Source: a virus. Taken from it: a DNA stretch of 64,000 bases. This document shows, one piece after another, positions 37,162-47,134 of the stretch (position 1 is its first letter; the number at the start of each line of letters is the position of its first letter). Below the pieces are notes generated by a model. The model was not told the origin of the DNA and ran no database searches. It saw only the letters and a list, made by a program, of their open reading frames with translations. The stretch lies in the IMG/VR virus record IMGVR_UViG_3300032304_001168; one strand, written 5' to 3'. The position numbers and the translations under genes were made by a program.

Positions 37162-37995
37162 TCATATTGCTAACTCTAATTTTGAATTAATTTTAGTTAT
37201 ACCACTCATATTGTGAATCTTAAAATCATCTATAGTATAATCATAGAAGTTTTTATCAGTTAATAACTCAATGAATGGATGATTTTGTTTAATAGGTTCT
37301 TTATTTATCAACTCAGTCACCGCATCAAAATGTCTATCGTAAATATGTAAATTACCAACTAAATGACAAAATTTTCCTAATCTATATCCACAATGTCCTG
37401 CAACCATCATTTGTAGTGCAACATATTGGATTTTATTTATGTATCCAGCAACCAAGTAGTCATTTGACCTTTGGTATAAAGTTAAATCTAAAATATAATC
37501 GCCATTAACTTTTCTTACATGGAATTCAGCTAAAAATGCACAAGGATGAAGTCCATCACTTTCAATCAAATCTGATTCTTGATAAAGATTTATGATATGT
37601 CTTCTTGAAAATGGATTATTTTTCACTGAATCTAAAACTTTATTCATAATATCCCACTTCTTAACAGTTGCACCATATCTTAATCCTATAGTATCGTCAC
37701 CTACATTCCATTCATCCCACCAATTAATACCCATATCACGAGCAACTTGTAATGAGGATGTTTGTTTTTGGTAAATCCATAATATTTCTTTAATACCAAT
37801 TTTGATTGCCGTTGGTCTTAATGTGGTTATTGGAAATTCACCTTTTGAAATATCATATTCCTCATAGACCTGAGTGATAAATTTGGTATGTGCTGGTGTT
37901 CCATCCTCATATTTTGGTCTAGGATTCTCATCCCAAGAACCCTCTGACATAATTTTGGATATATTTTGGGTATAGTACTTATCAGCTTTGTTCAT
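37162..37995 (-). CDS. thyA: thymidylate synthase
   Basis: FPITTLR, WWDEW, SRRHII, LHPC, YQRSND, NLHIYDRH. Confidence 0.93.
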   Translation of the reverse strand: MNKADKYYTQNISKIMSEGSWDENPRPKYEDGTPAHTKFITQVYEEYDISKGEFPITTLRPTAIKIGIKEILWIYQKQTSSLQVARDMGINWWDEWNVGDDTIGLRYGATVKKWDIMNKVLDSVKNNPFSRRHIINLYQESDLIESDGLHPCAFLAEFHVRKVNGDYILDLTLYQRSNDYLVAGYINKIQYVALQMMVAGHCGYRLGKFCHLVGNLHIYDRHFDAVTELINKEPIKQNHPFIELLTDKNFYDYTIDDFKIHNMSGITKINSKLELAI

Positions 37996-37996
37996 T

Positions 37997-38314
37997 TTAT
38001 TCATATTCAATTTCGAATGTGTTGGGATTAATGTATTTTATTCTTTTACCTCCTGTTAAATCAACTATCTTATCATCAGGTATTCTACTTTCAATAATGG
38101 TATCTTTTAATTCCTGCGGTACATCAGGATTATTTAATATTTCATTACGCTTTTCTTCATGCTTACGTGCTAGTTCAGTACCGCATTCTATTAATTTATC
38201 TAGTTTGTTCATTTTTTTTAATCCATTTGATTTTAATTGGAGTGGCTGCATCCCATTGAGAAATGCAGTAGTGTGTGGATGTTTCCCAACTAACCCATTC
38301 GTATTGTTTATCAA
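37997..38314 (-). CDS. hypothetical protein (true start possibly 38212)
   Basis: ORF track. Confidence 0.5.
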   Translation of the reverse strand: MINNTNGLVGKHPHTTAFLNGMQPLQLKSNGLKKMNKLDKLIECGTELARKHEEKRNEILNNPDVPQELKDTIIESRIPDDKIVDLTGGKRIKYINPNTFEIEYE

Positions 38315-38323
38315 TGTTGTTCA

Positions 38324-38647
38324 TTATATTTTATTTTTAATGTAACCTTCTATATCGTTTATACATTCTCCAAGTGTTTGCCAAAAGTGAGATGGTAAAT
38401 TTGATAGAGAAACACCTCTACCACTATCAAGTATTATAATGTGTTCTTCAAGTTCTTTCTTAAATTCTATCAAATTTATTAAAGTGTTTGTTAAAGTGTG
38501 TTCTTCATTCATTTTAATCTTCTTTTCATTATTCATATATAATTGTGGATTATTTTCTAAAATGGTAGCAATTGCCCCCACTATTTGTTTTGGTCTAAAT
38601 GAAATTTTCCAATCGCATTCTTCTGCAACTTCATCTACCCACTCCAT
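38324..38647 (-). CDS. hypothetical protein
   Basis: ORF track. Confidence 0.5.
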   Translation of the reverse strand: MEWVDEVAEECDWKISFRPKQIVGAIATILENNPQLYMNNEKKIKMNEEHTLTNTLINLIEFKKELEEHIIILDSGRGVSLSNLPSHFWQTLGECINDIEGYIKNKI

Positions 38648-38658
38648 ATAGTTCTTCT

Positions 38659-38871
38659 TTATTGATTTTCATTTGTTCCTAAGTTTTTTAATCCTTCAAC
38701 AACTTCATTATTAAATTCTAAGGCGAAATCTCTTTCAAGCATATTCATTAGTACTTGTTCAGCATCTAACTTTCCATTGGTAGTTGCCATTTCAATACAA
38801 TCATCATCAGTTTTTTCACTCCAAAACATCATATGTTTGAGTAGTGCATTTCCATCAATATTAATTTTCAT
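38659..38871 (-). CDS. hypothetical protein
   Basis: ORF track. Confidence 0.55.
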   Translation of the reverse strand: MKINIDGNALLKHMMFWSEKTDDDCIEMATTNGKLDAEQVLMNMLERDFALEFNNEVVEGLKNLGTNENQ

Positions 38872-38877
38872 AACTTT

Positions 38878-39210
38878 CTATTTTTTTGGTTTTAATTCGT
38901 TTTCTATTAGTTTCATTATATCTCTAGTGAGAGAACCTGCAGTTTTAGTTCCATCAATATTCCACTTAATAATAAGTGTTTCAATTTCTGAGTAGAGTGA
39001 TTGTTTATTAACAACATTATGTTCTATGTCAAGTTTCTCTCTTTCTATCTCTTCAACTTTTAGTATTTTACAATCTTCAATGTTAGAACATTCTAACATT
39101 TCTTCTTTCCACTTTTTTAAAGTTTCCAAATCGGTGGTTTCTCTATAACCAATAGTATAATGGTCATTTCTTTCATCTAAGATGAGACCTATGTATTTTT
39201 CTTTATTCAT
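38878..39210 (-). CDS. hypothetical protein
   Basis: ORF track. Confidence 0.55.
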   Translation of the reverse strand: MNKEKYIGLILDERNDHYTIGYRETTDLETLKKWKEEMLECSNIEDCKILKVEEIEREKLDIEHNVVNKQSLYSEIETLIIKWNIDGTKTAGSLTRDIMKLIENELKPKK

Positions 39211-39224
39211 AACTCGTTATTGTT

Positions 39225-39665
39225 TTATGGTTGTATCTTAATGTTATTTTCTTTCATCCATTCATTATCAGGATAAACTCTATCTGATAATTTACAAAGT
39301 TTTTTTCTTTCTTCATAACTCAACTCTCGTTCTTCAATGGTTAATCTCCACTTTTCAGAGAATTCTTTATCTTCTTTACATTTGTTGATGAATTCTTCTT
39401 GTGTGTATGGTCTGAAATTTGTATATTCCATCACCATCCAATGTAGGGGATTTTTTTGGAGTTTCTTTTGTTCTTCGTTATATTCATCAGCATAGTGCTG
39501 TAAGTAGTTTTTATAAGCCTCATCAATTAGTAGTTGTTGTTCTTTATTTGATAATAACCCCTTCCAAAATTCATTACTTGTAATAATTCTATTATGTTTT
39601 AAATCGGAGAGTCCTCTTTCAAGGGATTCCAATTGTTTCTCGTTTAATGAATCAAAATCTTCCAT
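39225..39665 (-). CDS. hypothetical protein
   Basis: ORF track. Confidence 0.55.
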   Translation of the reverse strand: MEDFDSLNEKQLESLERGLSDLKHNRIITSNEFWKGLLSNKEQQLLIDEAYKNYLQHYADEYNEEQKKLQKNPLHWMVMEYTNFRPYTQEEFINKCKEDKEFSEKWRLTIEERELSYEERKKLCKLSDRVYPDNEWMKENNIKIQP

Positions 39666-39677
39666 ATTGTTTTGCGT

Positions 39678-40154
39678 TTATACAATCTTTTTTAATTCTT
39701 GTGTTGGATAAGCCTCGTGGAATACCATTTTAAGAATATCATAACTTGAAACAATTCCTACTAGTTCATTATCTTCAGTGATAATTGGTAAAGCGTGAAA
39801 ATAATTTTCTAAAAAGATTTCTACCGCAGTTCCAATTTTTTCATTTGGTTCAATCCTCACAACTTTTTTTGTCATCAAATCTTGGGCTGTATAATTTTCA
39901 AGTAATTTTTGATTTTCCGTTACAACAATATCAAGACTTTCAAATCTTGTATCGTGTATTGCTTTGTAAAAGTCAACTTTACTAATTATACCCACAAGGT
40001 CAAGGTAACGAACAACAGGAATATGGTGAATATTGTGTTGTTCAAAAATGTCCTTAACCATTTGTAATGAATCAGTTGGTAGAATTGTGATTAGTTTTTT
40101 TGTCATAATTTCCGATACTGGTCGGTTCATCATTTCTCTTAAAATTTTGTTCAT
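39678..40154 (-). CDS. CBS domain pair protein
   Basis: VSEIMT...HHIPVV...LVGIIS; MT...HALPII...LVGIVSSYD. Confidence 0.9.
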   Translation of the reverse strand: MNKILREMMNRPVSEIMTKKLITILPTDSLQMVKDIFEQHNIHHIPVVRYLDLVGIISKVDFYKAIHDTRFESLDIVVTENQKLLENYTAQDLMTKKVVRIEPNEKIGTAVEIFLENYFHALPIITEDNELVGIVSSYDILKMVFHEAYPTQELKKIV

Positions 40155-40175
40155 ATATTGTTATTTTTTTATTTT

Positions 40176-40808
40176 TTATTGGGAAATCTCACCAATTTTT
40201 TCTCTATCATAATTACTTTTTTTAACAATGTCAAATATATATTTTCCAACATTGGGATTAACACAATTTCTAATAATTTGGTCTTTCCTATGTTTTAATT
40301 TAAACCCCCTCAAATCAAAATAACCCTTATCTGAGCTTCCCCTCTCATTATGGGTCAACCCATCCTTAATATCAATAATTGGAATATCAAAGTTTGTCCA
40401 AAATAAATGTCTACCCAGTTTCAATGATGGTTTAACAAATGGTTCATAATAGGGTTTAACATTCTCAACAACAAACTTTATATTGGTATTCTTTGTGAAG
40501 TTTTGTAAGAAGATTATCTCCGCCCATAATTTCATATCTGGCATTACTGAATCATAACTTCCACCCTTACTTGCCATCATCCTAACTTTGCTATGACTTT
40601 GACAAGGGGGACTACTCCATATAAAATCAAAGTTTCTCCAATTCTTTGCAAGATATTCGTGGGCATCATCAACAATAACTTTATCATTGGGAAAAAAATG
40701 TTGATATACATTTGCGATTTCTTCATTATATTCAACCGCTGTTACTTCAACATCTTCCCAATATTTTCTATTCCCACCAATACCAGCGTATAGATTTAAT
40801 ACTTTCAT
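40176..40808 (-). CDS. short DNA (cytosine-5) methyltransferase
   Basis: NLYAGIGG, WSSPPCQ, VVENV. Confidence 0.85.
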   Translation of the reverse strand: MKVLNLYAGIGGNRKYWEDVEVTAVEYNEEIANVYQHFFPNDKVIVDDAHEYLAKNWRNFDFIWSSPPCQSHSKVRMMASKGGSYDSVMPDMKLWAEIIFLQNFTKNTNIKFVVENVKPYYEPFVKPSLKLGRHLFWTNFDIPIIDIKDGLTHNERGSSDKGYFDLRGFKLKHRKDQIIRNCVNPNVGKYIFDIVKKSNYDREKIGEISQ

Positions 40809-41428
40809 AATGTTGATGTTAATATTTCATTACAAAGTTGTTCAGGTATTTTACTTCTTTCATAACTTCCTTTTCTACCTTGAGTTCCAGTTTTACTTCC
40901 CCTTGGTGCTGGTTGGTGATGACATTCCGTATTACCATTCTTGCAAACAGGTCTTGGTATCCAAGTTGTACTATTTGTCCATATATCGGTGGGTTTAGCC
41001 CTTTCATCCCCATATTTGCAGTACCATAGGGTATGTCTTGTGAATTCTAACATCCAGGGCATCTTTCTTAACATACCCCTTGGATTTTCAATAAAGAAAA
41101 CCATATTTGGATTAATGGTTAACCATTGTTTTATCAATGAAATAAAATGTTGATTAACCATATCACATTTTTTGGCATATTCACTTTTGGCTTTAGTTCC
41201 GTTTCTGTGATGTGATATTGCAGCAATTGTATATGTTGTACAATCTGGTGAAGCCCAAACAATATCAGGGGTGAATGGAACATCTTCCATTGTTAATTCA
41301 CCAATATCTTTTGATAAATTTATCCCCTCATATTGTTCCCAATCAACTGAAAATACTTCCATTCCAAGTGATTCTGCGGCTTTACCAATAGAACGACTAC
41401 CAGCAAATAACTCTAAAACTTTTTTCAT
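40805..41428 (-). CDS. short DNA (cytosine-5) methyltransferase
   Basis: LELFAGS, WASPDC, IENP, YCKYG, KPTDIW. Confidence 0.8.
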   Translation of the reverse strand: MKKVLELFAGSRSIGKAAESLGMEVFSVDWEQYEGINLSKDIGELTMEDVPFTPDIVWASPDCTTYTIAAISHHRNGTKAKSEYAKKCDMVNQHFISLIKQWLTINPNMVFFIENPRGMLRKMPWMLEFTRHTLWYCKYGDERAKPTDIWTNSTTWIPRPVCKNGNTECHHQPAPRGSKTGTQGRKGSYERSKIPEQLCNEILTSTL

Positions 41429-41763
41429 TTGGGTCTATTCTCTTCATAATATTCAACAATTGCATTGATTGCCCATACAGCTCCTGATGATAAAATACCA
41501 TCAAAGAACCAACTAAACCATAGTGATGTTCCTATTAATGAAGCTGAAGGTGAATAATAAAAAATTGATAGGAAAAAACCAACCCAAGTTGATGTACACA
41601 TCATACAAGATAGTAAATCCCCAAAGAATTTTCCTAACACATTTAAAGGTAATCGTGAATTACCCCACTCTTTTATTCCATTTCTCACTCCCTGAAATAT
41701 TGACCCATAAACTAATATATTTGACATTCCGTACGCCGTTAATAACCAAATTAATATTATCAT
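41425..41763 (-). CDS. membrane protein, DUF1360-like
   Basis: TM segments with LLSCMMCTSTWVG. Confidence 0.6.
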   Translation of the reverse strand: MIILIWLLTAYGMSNILVYGSIFQGVRNGIKEWGNSRLPLNVLGKFFGDLLSCMMCTSTWVGFFLSIFYYSPSASLIGTSLWFSWFFDGILSSGAVWAINAIVEYYEENRPK

Positions 41764-42482
41764 ATCTTTCCTCCTTTTTTTAAATTATCTTCCGCCCATA
41801 ATGGTTGGAGATTTGTATAATGGTTTAATATTAAAATCTCTTCTTTATTTTTAGCACTACATAAAGGAATTATGTGGTCTAAATGCCATTTTCCATAATT
41901 TTCCCAACTCATACCATCAGAAAATTTACTTGAAATAAATTCTTTAAATTCGTTATAGTCAAGTCCTATTATTTCCTTAGTTTTAACTCCTTTATTCTCA
42001 CCTTTCATATAATCTCTAATTCTTTCCCTTATTCTTTTTTTCATTCTAAAAAAACCATCTTCTTTGTTTTTTTTGTTTTCCCAATCACGACTTAATTTTC
42101 TCATTTTTTCTTTATTTTTTTCCCTATACTCTTTTGATTTTTTAATTAAAATTTCTTTGTTTTTTTCATAAAATTCTTTTGAACATTTTCTAAATTTTTC
42201 TCTCCATTCCTCACTCTCTCTATATTTTTTAGTTCTTTCTTTGGAAGTCATATGAGGATTCTTATCCAAATACTTTTTTATAGTTTCTTTATATTTTTCA
42301 GGATTGTTTTTTCTATACAATTTAGAGCTTTCGTTTATTTTATCTCTATTTTTATCCCTATATATTTTTTTTCTTACCCTTTCACATTCAATACAATAAA
42401 TTGATAACCCATCTTTATTATTTTTGTTTTTACTAAACAAATTTTTATTCATAATAACATTACATTTTTTACAAGTTTTCAT
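41760..42482 (-). CDS. HNH homing endonuclease
   Basis: N-terminal CxxC...CxxC; WHLDHIIP...NHYTNLQPLWAEDNLKK. Confidence 0.85.
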   Translation of the reverse strand: MKTCKKCNVIMNKNLFSKNKNNKDGLSIYCIECERVRKKIYRDKNRDKINESSKLYRKNNPEKYKETIKKYLDKNPHMTSKERTKKYRESEEWREKFRKCSKEFYEKNKEILIKKSKEYREKNKEKMRKLSRDWENKKNKEDGFFRMKKRIRERIRDYMKGENKGVKTKEIIGLDYNEFKEFISSKFSDGMSWENYGKWHLDHIIPLCSAKNKEEILILNHYTNLQPLWAEDNLKKGGKI

Positions 42483-42533
42483 ATTTTCTTTTTTATATAA
42501 ATATCTTGTCCAATGTGTTTTATTAGAAAAAAA

Positions 42534-42698
42534 CTAAATTAAATTGTTTTTAAGTTGTTCACTCTCTTTTGGAGTAAGAATTTTAATGTTTCTAACAAGA
42601 GTTCCATCTTCGTGGGATAAAAGTTGTGGTGCAATAATTCCTTGTTTGTATAGCCAACTTGCTATTCTAAATCCAATTTTTACTAAAATGTTTTTCAT
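42534..42698 (-). CDS. small hypothetical protein (54 aa, not in ORF track)
   Basis: MKNILVKIGFRIASWLYKQG... Confidence 0.45.
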   Translation of the reverse strand: MKNILVKIGFRIASWLYKQGIIAPQLLSHEDGTLVRNIKILTPKESEQLKNNLI

Positions 42699-42702
42699 AA
42701 GT

Positions 42703-42987
42703 TTAATCTTTTTGTATGTTTATGTGAAATTCTCTAATCATATTATAAATTTCGTTGTCTTTGGGTACTAATATTCTCATTGGATTTTGAGTACCAACAT
42801 ATCTCAACTGATATATTTCTTCCAAATTGGAATCACTATGTAAATAGTAATCTGCAGTCTCTAAATAAAGTGATATATCATATTTAGTTACATCAAACTC
42901 AATATCATTAGTGTCAAATGTAAAGTAGTCATTTATTTTTGGTTTATCATTCCAAAAAACTTCATCAACTTTAAATAACCAAATCAT
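42703..42987 (-). CDS. hypothetical protein
   Basis: ORF track. Confidence 0.55.
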   Translation of the reverse strand: MIWLFKVDEVFWNDKPKINDYFTFDTNDIEFDVTKYDISLYLETADYYLHSDSNLEEIYQLRYVGTQNPMRILVPKDNEIYNMIREFHINIQKD

Positions 42988-42990
42988 AAT

Positions 42991-43797
42991 TTATTTTTTA
43001 TGTTTATTTAAAAATTCATTTATTTCTTGTCTTGTAACATTAATTCCTTTATGACCTAACTCTTCGATATATTTACTACCTAATTCGGATGGAATTAACA
43101 TTGAACGAAGTGCCACAGAAAAATCACCATCTTCAGCTCTTTGTTTTTCTAAAAAAAATAAGTTACTATAAGGATTAATTGTCTCTATATGGTTTGGATG
43201 AGTTAATTCTACCTCATCATTTTTTTTGATTTCAAACACCCCTCTAATCATTACACCCCTTTCACCTTTAATTTGATAATCTTGTGGTGAATCCAAAATG
43301 TTATCCAATGTTTGATGTAATTTTTTTCTTATACTTTTATATCTTTCATTTTCAGCATCCTCAATCATACTAGGACTTCCAAGACCATAAATTGCTTCGT
43401 CTTGTAATGTTTCAGGTTCAAACTCTATGATAATTTTCTTTTTTAATGTCAATGTTGATGGGTCAACTATTGCAGGAGTGATTGATGCACCATCTTTAAC
43501 CAAATCATTAATTTTATTTGGGTCAAACATTTCAGGTGTTAAAAAAATTGAGTGGAGATAACATTTACCTTTAAAAGATGTGTTGTCATCTACTTTAAAA
43601 GTTTGAGTCATCTTTGTTTTCCCATTTTCATCTTGAAACACTGGTTCTTTTATGATAATTAATTCATCACAATTTTGCAATTCCTCACATTCTTTTAATA
43701 AATCAATCATTACTGATAATTCATCTCCTCTGATAATTTCATCAGATAATTCATTTCCTTTGATAATTTTATTCTTAATTAATTCTTTTAATTTCAT
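42991..43797 (-). CDS. hypothetical protein
   Basis: 268 aa ORF. Confidence 0.6.
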   Translation of the reverse strand: MKLKELIKNKIIKGNELSDEIIRGDELSVMIDLLKECEELQNCDELIIIKEPVFQDENGKTKMTQTFKVDDNTSFKGKCYLHSIFLTPEMFDPNKINDLVKDGASITPAIVDPSTLTLKKKIIIEFEPETLQDEAIYGLGSPSMIEDAENERYKSIRKKLHQTLDNILDSPQDYQIKGERGVMIRGVFEIKKNDEVELTHPNHIETINPYSNLFFLEKQRAEDGDFSVALRSMLIPSELGSKYIEELGHKGINVTRQEINEFLNKHKK

Positions 43798-43798
43798 A

Positions 43799-44089
43799 TT
43801 AAAATTTATTTTCTTTTATTGAGTTTATACCCTCCTCCAAAATATGACAAATTTTTTTTAAATTGTCAATAGTGAAGTCAGTTAAATTAAACCACTCCCT
43901 CTCAATATTATGTTGTTTGAATCTAAAATGTAAGGCTTTTTCTAGTTGGGTGGGGTACTTCGACTCAAATTCAAGAATAACACTTAAATTTGGTGAATTC
44001 AACTCTTTTAACCTCTTTTGTACATCTCTTTTTGTGTACCCTATTTTAACTTGGTCAGAATTGTCTTTGACAAAGTAAACAAATCCCAC
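43799..44089 (-). CDS. T5orf172/MUG113-type GIY-YIG domain protein
   Basis: GFVYFV...VKIGYT...RLKELN...LEKALH...EWF. Confidence 0.85.
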   Translation of the reverse strand: MGFVYFVKDNSDQVKIGYTKRDVQKRLKELNSPNLSVILEFESKYPTQLEKALHFRFKQHNIEREWFNLTDFTIDNLKKICHILEEGINSIKENKF

Positions 44090-44144
44090 TATCTTTTTTA
44101 GTTAAAAATAGTGGGACTTTGTAAAAGTTAAATGTTAAAAAACT

Positions 44145-44468
44145 TTATAAGAATTTTGGATTAGTTCCAATATAATTACCATCATCATCTAAATCTTCAA
44201 ATGGTGGTAATTCAATATCAACATATCCAACTTCTTTATAATTTATTTCACCATCTTCATCAACACTCGCCAAACCAAGTGTTATTAGATTTTCATATTC
44301 CAAATTACTGAGTGGAATATCATAATCACCAATCATTGACCACATTTCATTGGCAATATCAATGTTTTCTTGAACTGGATTGTTTGCCAACACTTCAAAT
44401 ATTCTTTCAAATATTTCTGTACCACTTCTATCTGCCATATTATATATTATCTTTTTTATAGGTTTCAT
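44145..44468 (-). CDS. hypothetical protein
   Basis: MKPIKKIIY... acidic. Confidence 0.55.
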   Translation of the reverse strand: MKPIKKIIYNMADRSGTEIFERIFEVLANNPVQENIDIANEMWSMIGDYDIPLSNLEYENLITLGLASVDEDGEINYKEVGYVDIELPPFEDLDDDGNYIGTNPKFL

Positions 44469-44673
44469 TGTAATAGGTTTCACTTTCTGTAAACATTGAA
44501 TTAGGATAATAATAATCTTCACTATTAACACCAGCATTAAAAGCATTTTCTATCTGCTGTTTTTCAAGTTCAAGAGCTTGTTGAAATTTACCGTGCAATT
44601 CAATAGATACACCAAATGGAATATATTTACCTAAATCGGGTATGTTTTCAGTTAACCATTCTACTGCTGTCAT
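44440..44673 (-). CDS. hypothetical phage protein (TAVEWL...EKQQI family)
   Basis: MTAVEWL...ELEKQQIENAF...YYNETY. Confidence 0.65.
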   Translation of the reverse strand: MTAVEWLTENIPDLGKYIPFGVSIELHGKFQQALELEKQQIENAFNAGVNSEDYYYPNSMFTESETYYNETYKKDNI

Positions 44674-45170
44674 AAGTTATTTTTTAAATTTGAACCCTTC
44701 ATAAATACAGCACCAGTATTGGATACCAATTTTTCAAGTTGTTCAATCTTGTTATTTAATTCAATTATTGTTTTATCTTTCTCCCCAATCTCTTTTCTGA
44801 GTTTCATTAATGTCTCTTGTAACATTCCCATCTTATCATTTGGTTTCTCAACTTGTACAATTTTTTCCACTATCTTCTCAACTTCAATAGGAACTTGCAC
44901 AATTTTTTCTACTATAACCTCATTTGTGGAAAATATTTTCTGCTCAACTACCACTTCTTTTATTACCTCAACAATGACTTCCTTTTCAATGTATTCGATA
45001 ACTCTCTCATTATTTTCTCCTATTAATCCATATTTTTTTATATCAAATCCTTGTTTGAAACATTGTTGGAAAAATATCTCAACATCTTCAATATTGTTTA
45101 ACTTACAATAATCAGTTAAATCTTTTTGATTTTGTTTGTTAAGCGTTAGTGAGTTTTTCTTTTCCATCAA
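44670..45170 (-). CDS. hypothetical protein with VEKIV repeats and coiled coil
   Basis: EVIVEKIVQVPIEVEKIVEKIV. Confidence 0.6.
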   Translation of the reverse strand: MMEKKNSLTLNKQNQKDLTDYCKLNNIEDVEIFFQQCFKQGFDIKKYGLIGENNERVIEYIEKEVIVEVIKEVVVEQKIFSTNEVIVEKIVQVPIEVEKIVEKIVQVEKPNDKMGMLQETLMKLRKEIGEKDKTIIELNNKIEQLEKLVSNTGAVFMKGSNLKNNL

Positions 45171-45366
45171 TTATATCTTCAAATGAATTTATTGCAAATT
45201 TAAGAAAAGGTTTTGGATTATCCAAATCAACAAATGAATATTCATCCTTAACCACATCATAAATTCCAAATCCGTGATTCTTAATTGACTCCCCATAGTT
45301 CTGTTGGATTGTTGAACCCACTTGAATTATTGGTATTTTTCTTTTTATTTTAATTTTTCTATCCAC
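45139..45366 (-). CDS. sbcD: SbcD/Mre11 nuclease C-terminal fragment (split gene)
   Basis: IPIIQVGSTIQQNYGES...HGFGIYDV, the segment that normally follows GDIH. Confidence 0.75.
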   Translation of the reverse strand: MDRKIKIKRKIPIIQVGSTIQQNYGESIKNHGFGIYDVVKDEYSFVDLDNPKPFLKFAINSFEDIIDGKEKLTNA

Positions 45367-46211
45367 TCTGTTATGTTTTTATATTTTTTTTGATTTTTGG
45401 GTAAGAAAAAATTCATTTCATATTTTAAATTATTTTCTTTACAAAATTTTATAGTTTCTTGTATTTGGGCTTTAATTCTTTCCTCTTCTAATATGAGTCC
45501 TTTAATTTCTTCTAATACTTTTTTTCCATCCTTGTACAAAATTAAAAAATCAGGTAAATAATTTCTTTTTAATCCTCCAAAATCATATTTGATAGATATT
45601 TTGTGTTTTTTTGTCCAAAATATAACTTTTTCATCCTCATTAAGTTCTATCATTCTTTTTTGCTCCCAAGATGAATGGTAAAATTCATTTTCATTTGTTG
45701 TAGTGTTTAATATAAACCCTCTTTTATGATTACCATTTCTTTCATTTTCACTTTCTTTTATTAATCTTTCAATATTTTTTAAAGAAATATTTTCCCTAAA
45801 TTCTTTAGTATGCCAATCCATAGAACCATTAGATAATCGGTGTCTGTCAAAAAAAATTAAATGTTTCTCTAATCTTTCTTTTTTTCTCCAACTATCTTTA
45901 ACTTTTTCTTTTATCTTTTTTTTAGCATCATCAGTATGTTTAAACATGCCAGGTTTCCTATTACCAAAATTACCATTTTTTTCCCCTAATTGTGAGAATT
46001 TTTGCCACTCAACTTGACACAATCTACTACAAAATTTTTTTTTGGAGTTAGGTAATTTTATAAAATTATTTGTACATCCACTAAATTCACAATTTACTTC
46101 AATTTTGATTTGTTTCTTTTCACATTGACCACAAATTTTAGAGCAATATTTTTGTTTTTCCCTTCTAGGTTTGAAATCTAAATTACAACAATCGCATTTT
46201 TTATTTTCCAT
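45345..46211 (-). CDS. free-standing homing endonuclease (Zn-ribbons, NUMOD3-like, TnsA-N-like PD-(D/E)XK)
   Basis: KYCSKIC/KFCSRLC, GEKNGNFG, YHSSWE...YLPDFLI...EEIKG. Confidence 0.8.
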   Translation of the reverse strand: MENKKCDCCNLDFKPRREKQKYCSKICGQCEKKQIKIEVNCEFSGCTNNFIKLPNSKKKFCSRLCQVEWQKFSQLGEKNGNFGNRKPGMFKHTDDAKKKIKEKVKDSWRKKERLEKHLIFFDRHRLSNGSMDWHTKEFRENISLKNIERLIKESENERNGNHKRGFILNTTTNENEFYHSSWEQKRMIELNEDEKVIFWTKKHKISIKYDFGGLKRNYLPDFLILYKDGKKVLEEIKGLILEEERIKAQIQETIKFCKENNLKYEMNFFLPKNQKKYKNITEWIEKLK

Positions 46212-46253
46212 ATTTATATTTTTAAGTATAAATATAAATATCACCAAAAAACA

Positions 46254-46898
46254 CTAAATCACAATTTCCCAACCTTTTTTCAAATAAAAATCTAAATCTT
46301 TTTCATCAATTTCTATTTCTCTTTCTAAATAAATTGTTTGTCTGCGATGTATATCCCCACATAGAACGATATCACATCCCTCAAATTTACTCACCTCATA
46401 TCCTGTTTCAAACTTATATCCAATGTCTGTATATAACCCTATAATAGGTCCGTGAAACAATCCAATTTTAAGGTTATTAGATTTCTCAATTGTTGGGGGA
46501 ATATTGTGTTCAAATAAAGAATATACAACCCAATCAATATTCTCATCAACATATACACCTCTATCTTTGTAATAGACAATGTTATCATTATTCATTGATT
46601 CAATGATGGGGGTTAATGTATCCAATCTTGATAAATTGTTCTCAAGCATATCATGATTTCCAACAATGATTATTGTTTTTGCAATCTTGGAACATTTATC
46701 TAATGTCCATCTAACCATTTCAATAAGTTCTGGGCTGACTTGGTTTTTACTATGGACTAGGTCGCCACTGAATACCAGTCTATCAGGTTTAATCTCTTTG
46801 AATTGATTAAACATATCAATCAATATTGATTTGTATAAATCGTGGTCTTTTATTAATCTCAAATGTAAATCAGAGAAGTGACAGATTGTTTTTATCAT
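46254..46898 (-). CDS. sbcD: SbcD/Mre11 (gp47-like) metallophosphoesterase N-terminal fragment
   Basis: SDLH, GDLVH, GNHD, FHG, GDIH. Confidence 0.9.
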   Translation of the reverse strand: MIKTICHFSDLHLRLIKDHDLYKSILIDMFNQFKEIKPDRLVFSGDLVHSKNQVSPELIEMVRWTLDKCSKIAKTIIIVGNHDMLENNLSRLDTLTPIIESMNNDNIVYYKDRGVYVDENIDWVVYSLFEHNIPPTIEKSNNLKIGLFHGPIIGLYTDIGYKFETGYEVSKFEGCDIVLCGDIHRRQTIYLEREIEIDEKDLDFYLKKGWEIVI

Positions 46899-47134
46899 TT
46901 CAGTTTTTGTTTTGATTTAATAATATTCACCAATTCTTCTTTTATTTCGTTTTGAATATCCTCATCAATATTTCCCCACCAACCATCAAAACCACCTCTA
47001 TCACATAGAGCATCAATAATTTCATTTACAATTTCTTTTTCCATTTTATTTATTTTTTTCTTCCATCAAATACAACAATCATACTAAATCAGAGAAGTGA
47101 CAGATTGTTTTTATCATTTCAGTTTTTGTTTTGA
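46866..47134 (+). repeat. 50-bp direct repeat (46866-46915 and 47085-47134) containing the sbcD start
   Basis: TAAATCAGAGAAGTGACAGATTGTTTTTATCATTTCAGTTTTTGTTTTGA present twice. Confidence 0.9.
46895..47044 (-). CDS. small hypothetical protein (49 aa, not in ORF track)
   Basis: MEKEIVNEIIDALCDRGGFDGWWGNIDEDIQNEIKEEL...; ATGA-coupled to sbcD. Confidence 0.6.
   Translation of the reverse strand: MEKEIVNEIIDALCDRGGFDGWWGNIDEDIQNEIKEELVNIIKSKQKLK

Noticed and set aside
45345-46254. Group I intron or intein in sbcD
   Set aside because: Only ~40 nt are non-coding, the endonuclease overlaps the downstream fragment, and no intein C/S...HN termini are visible.
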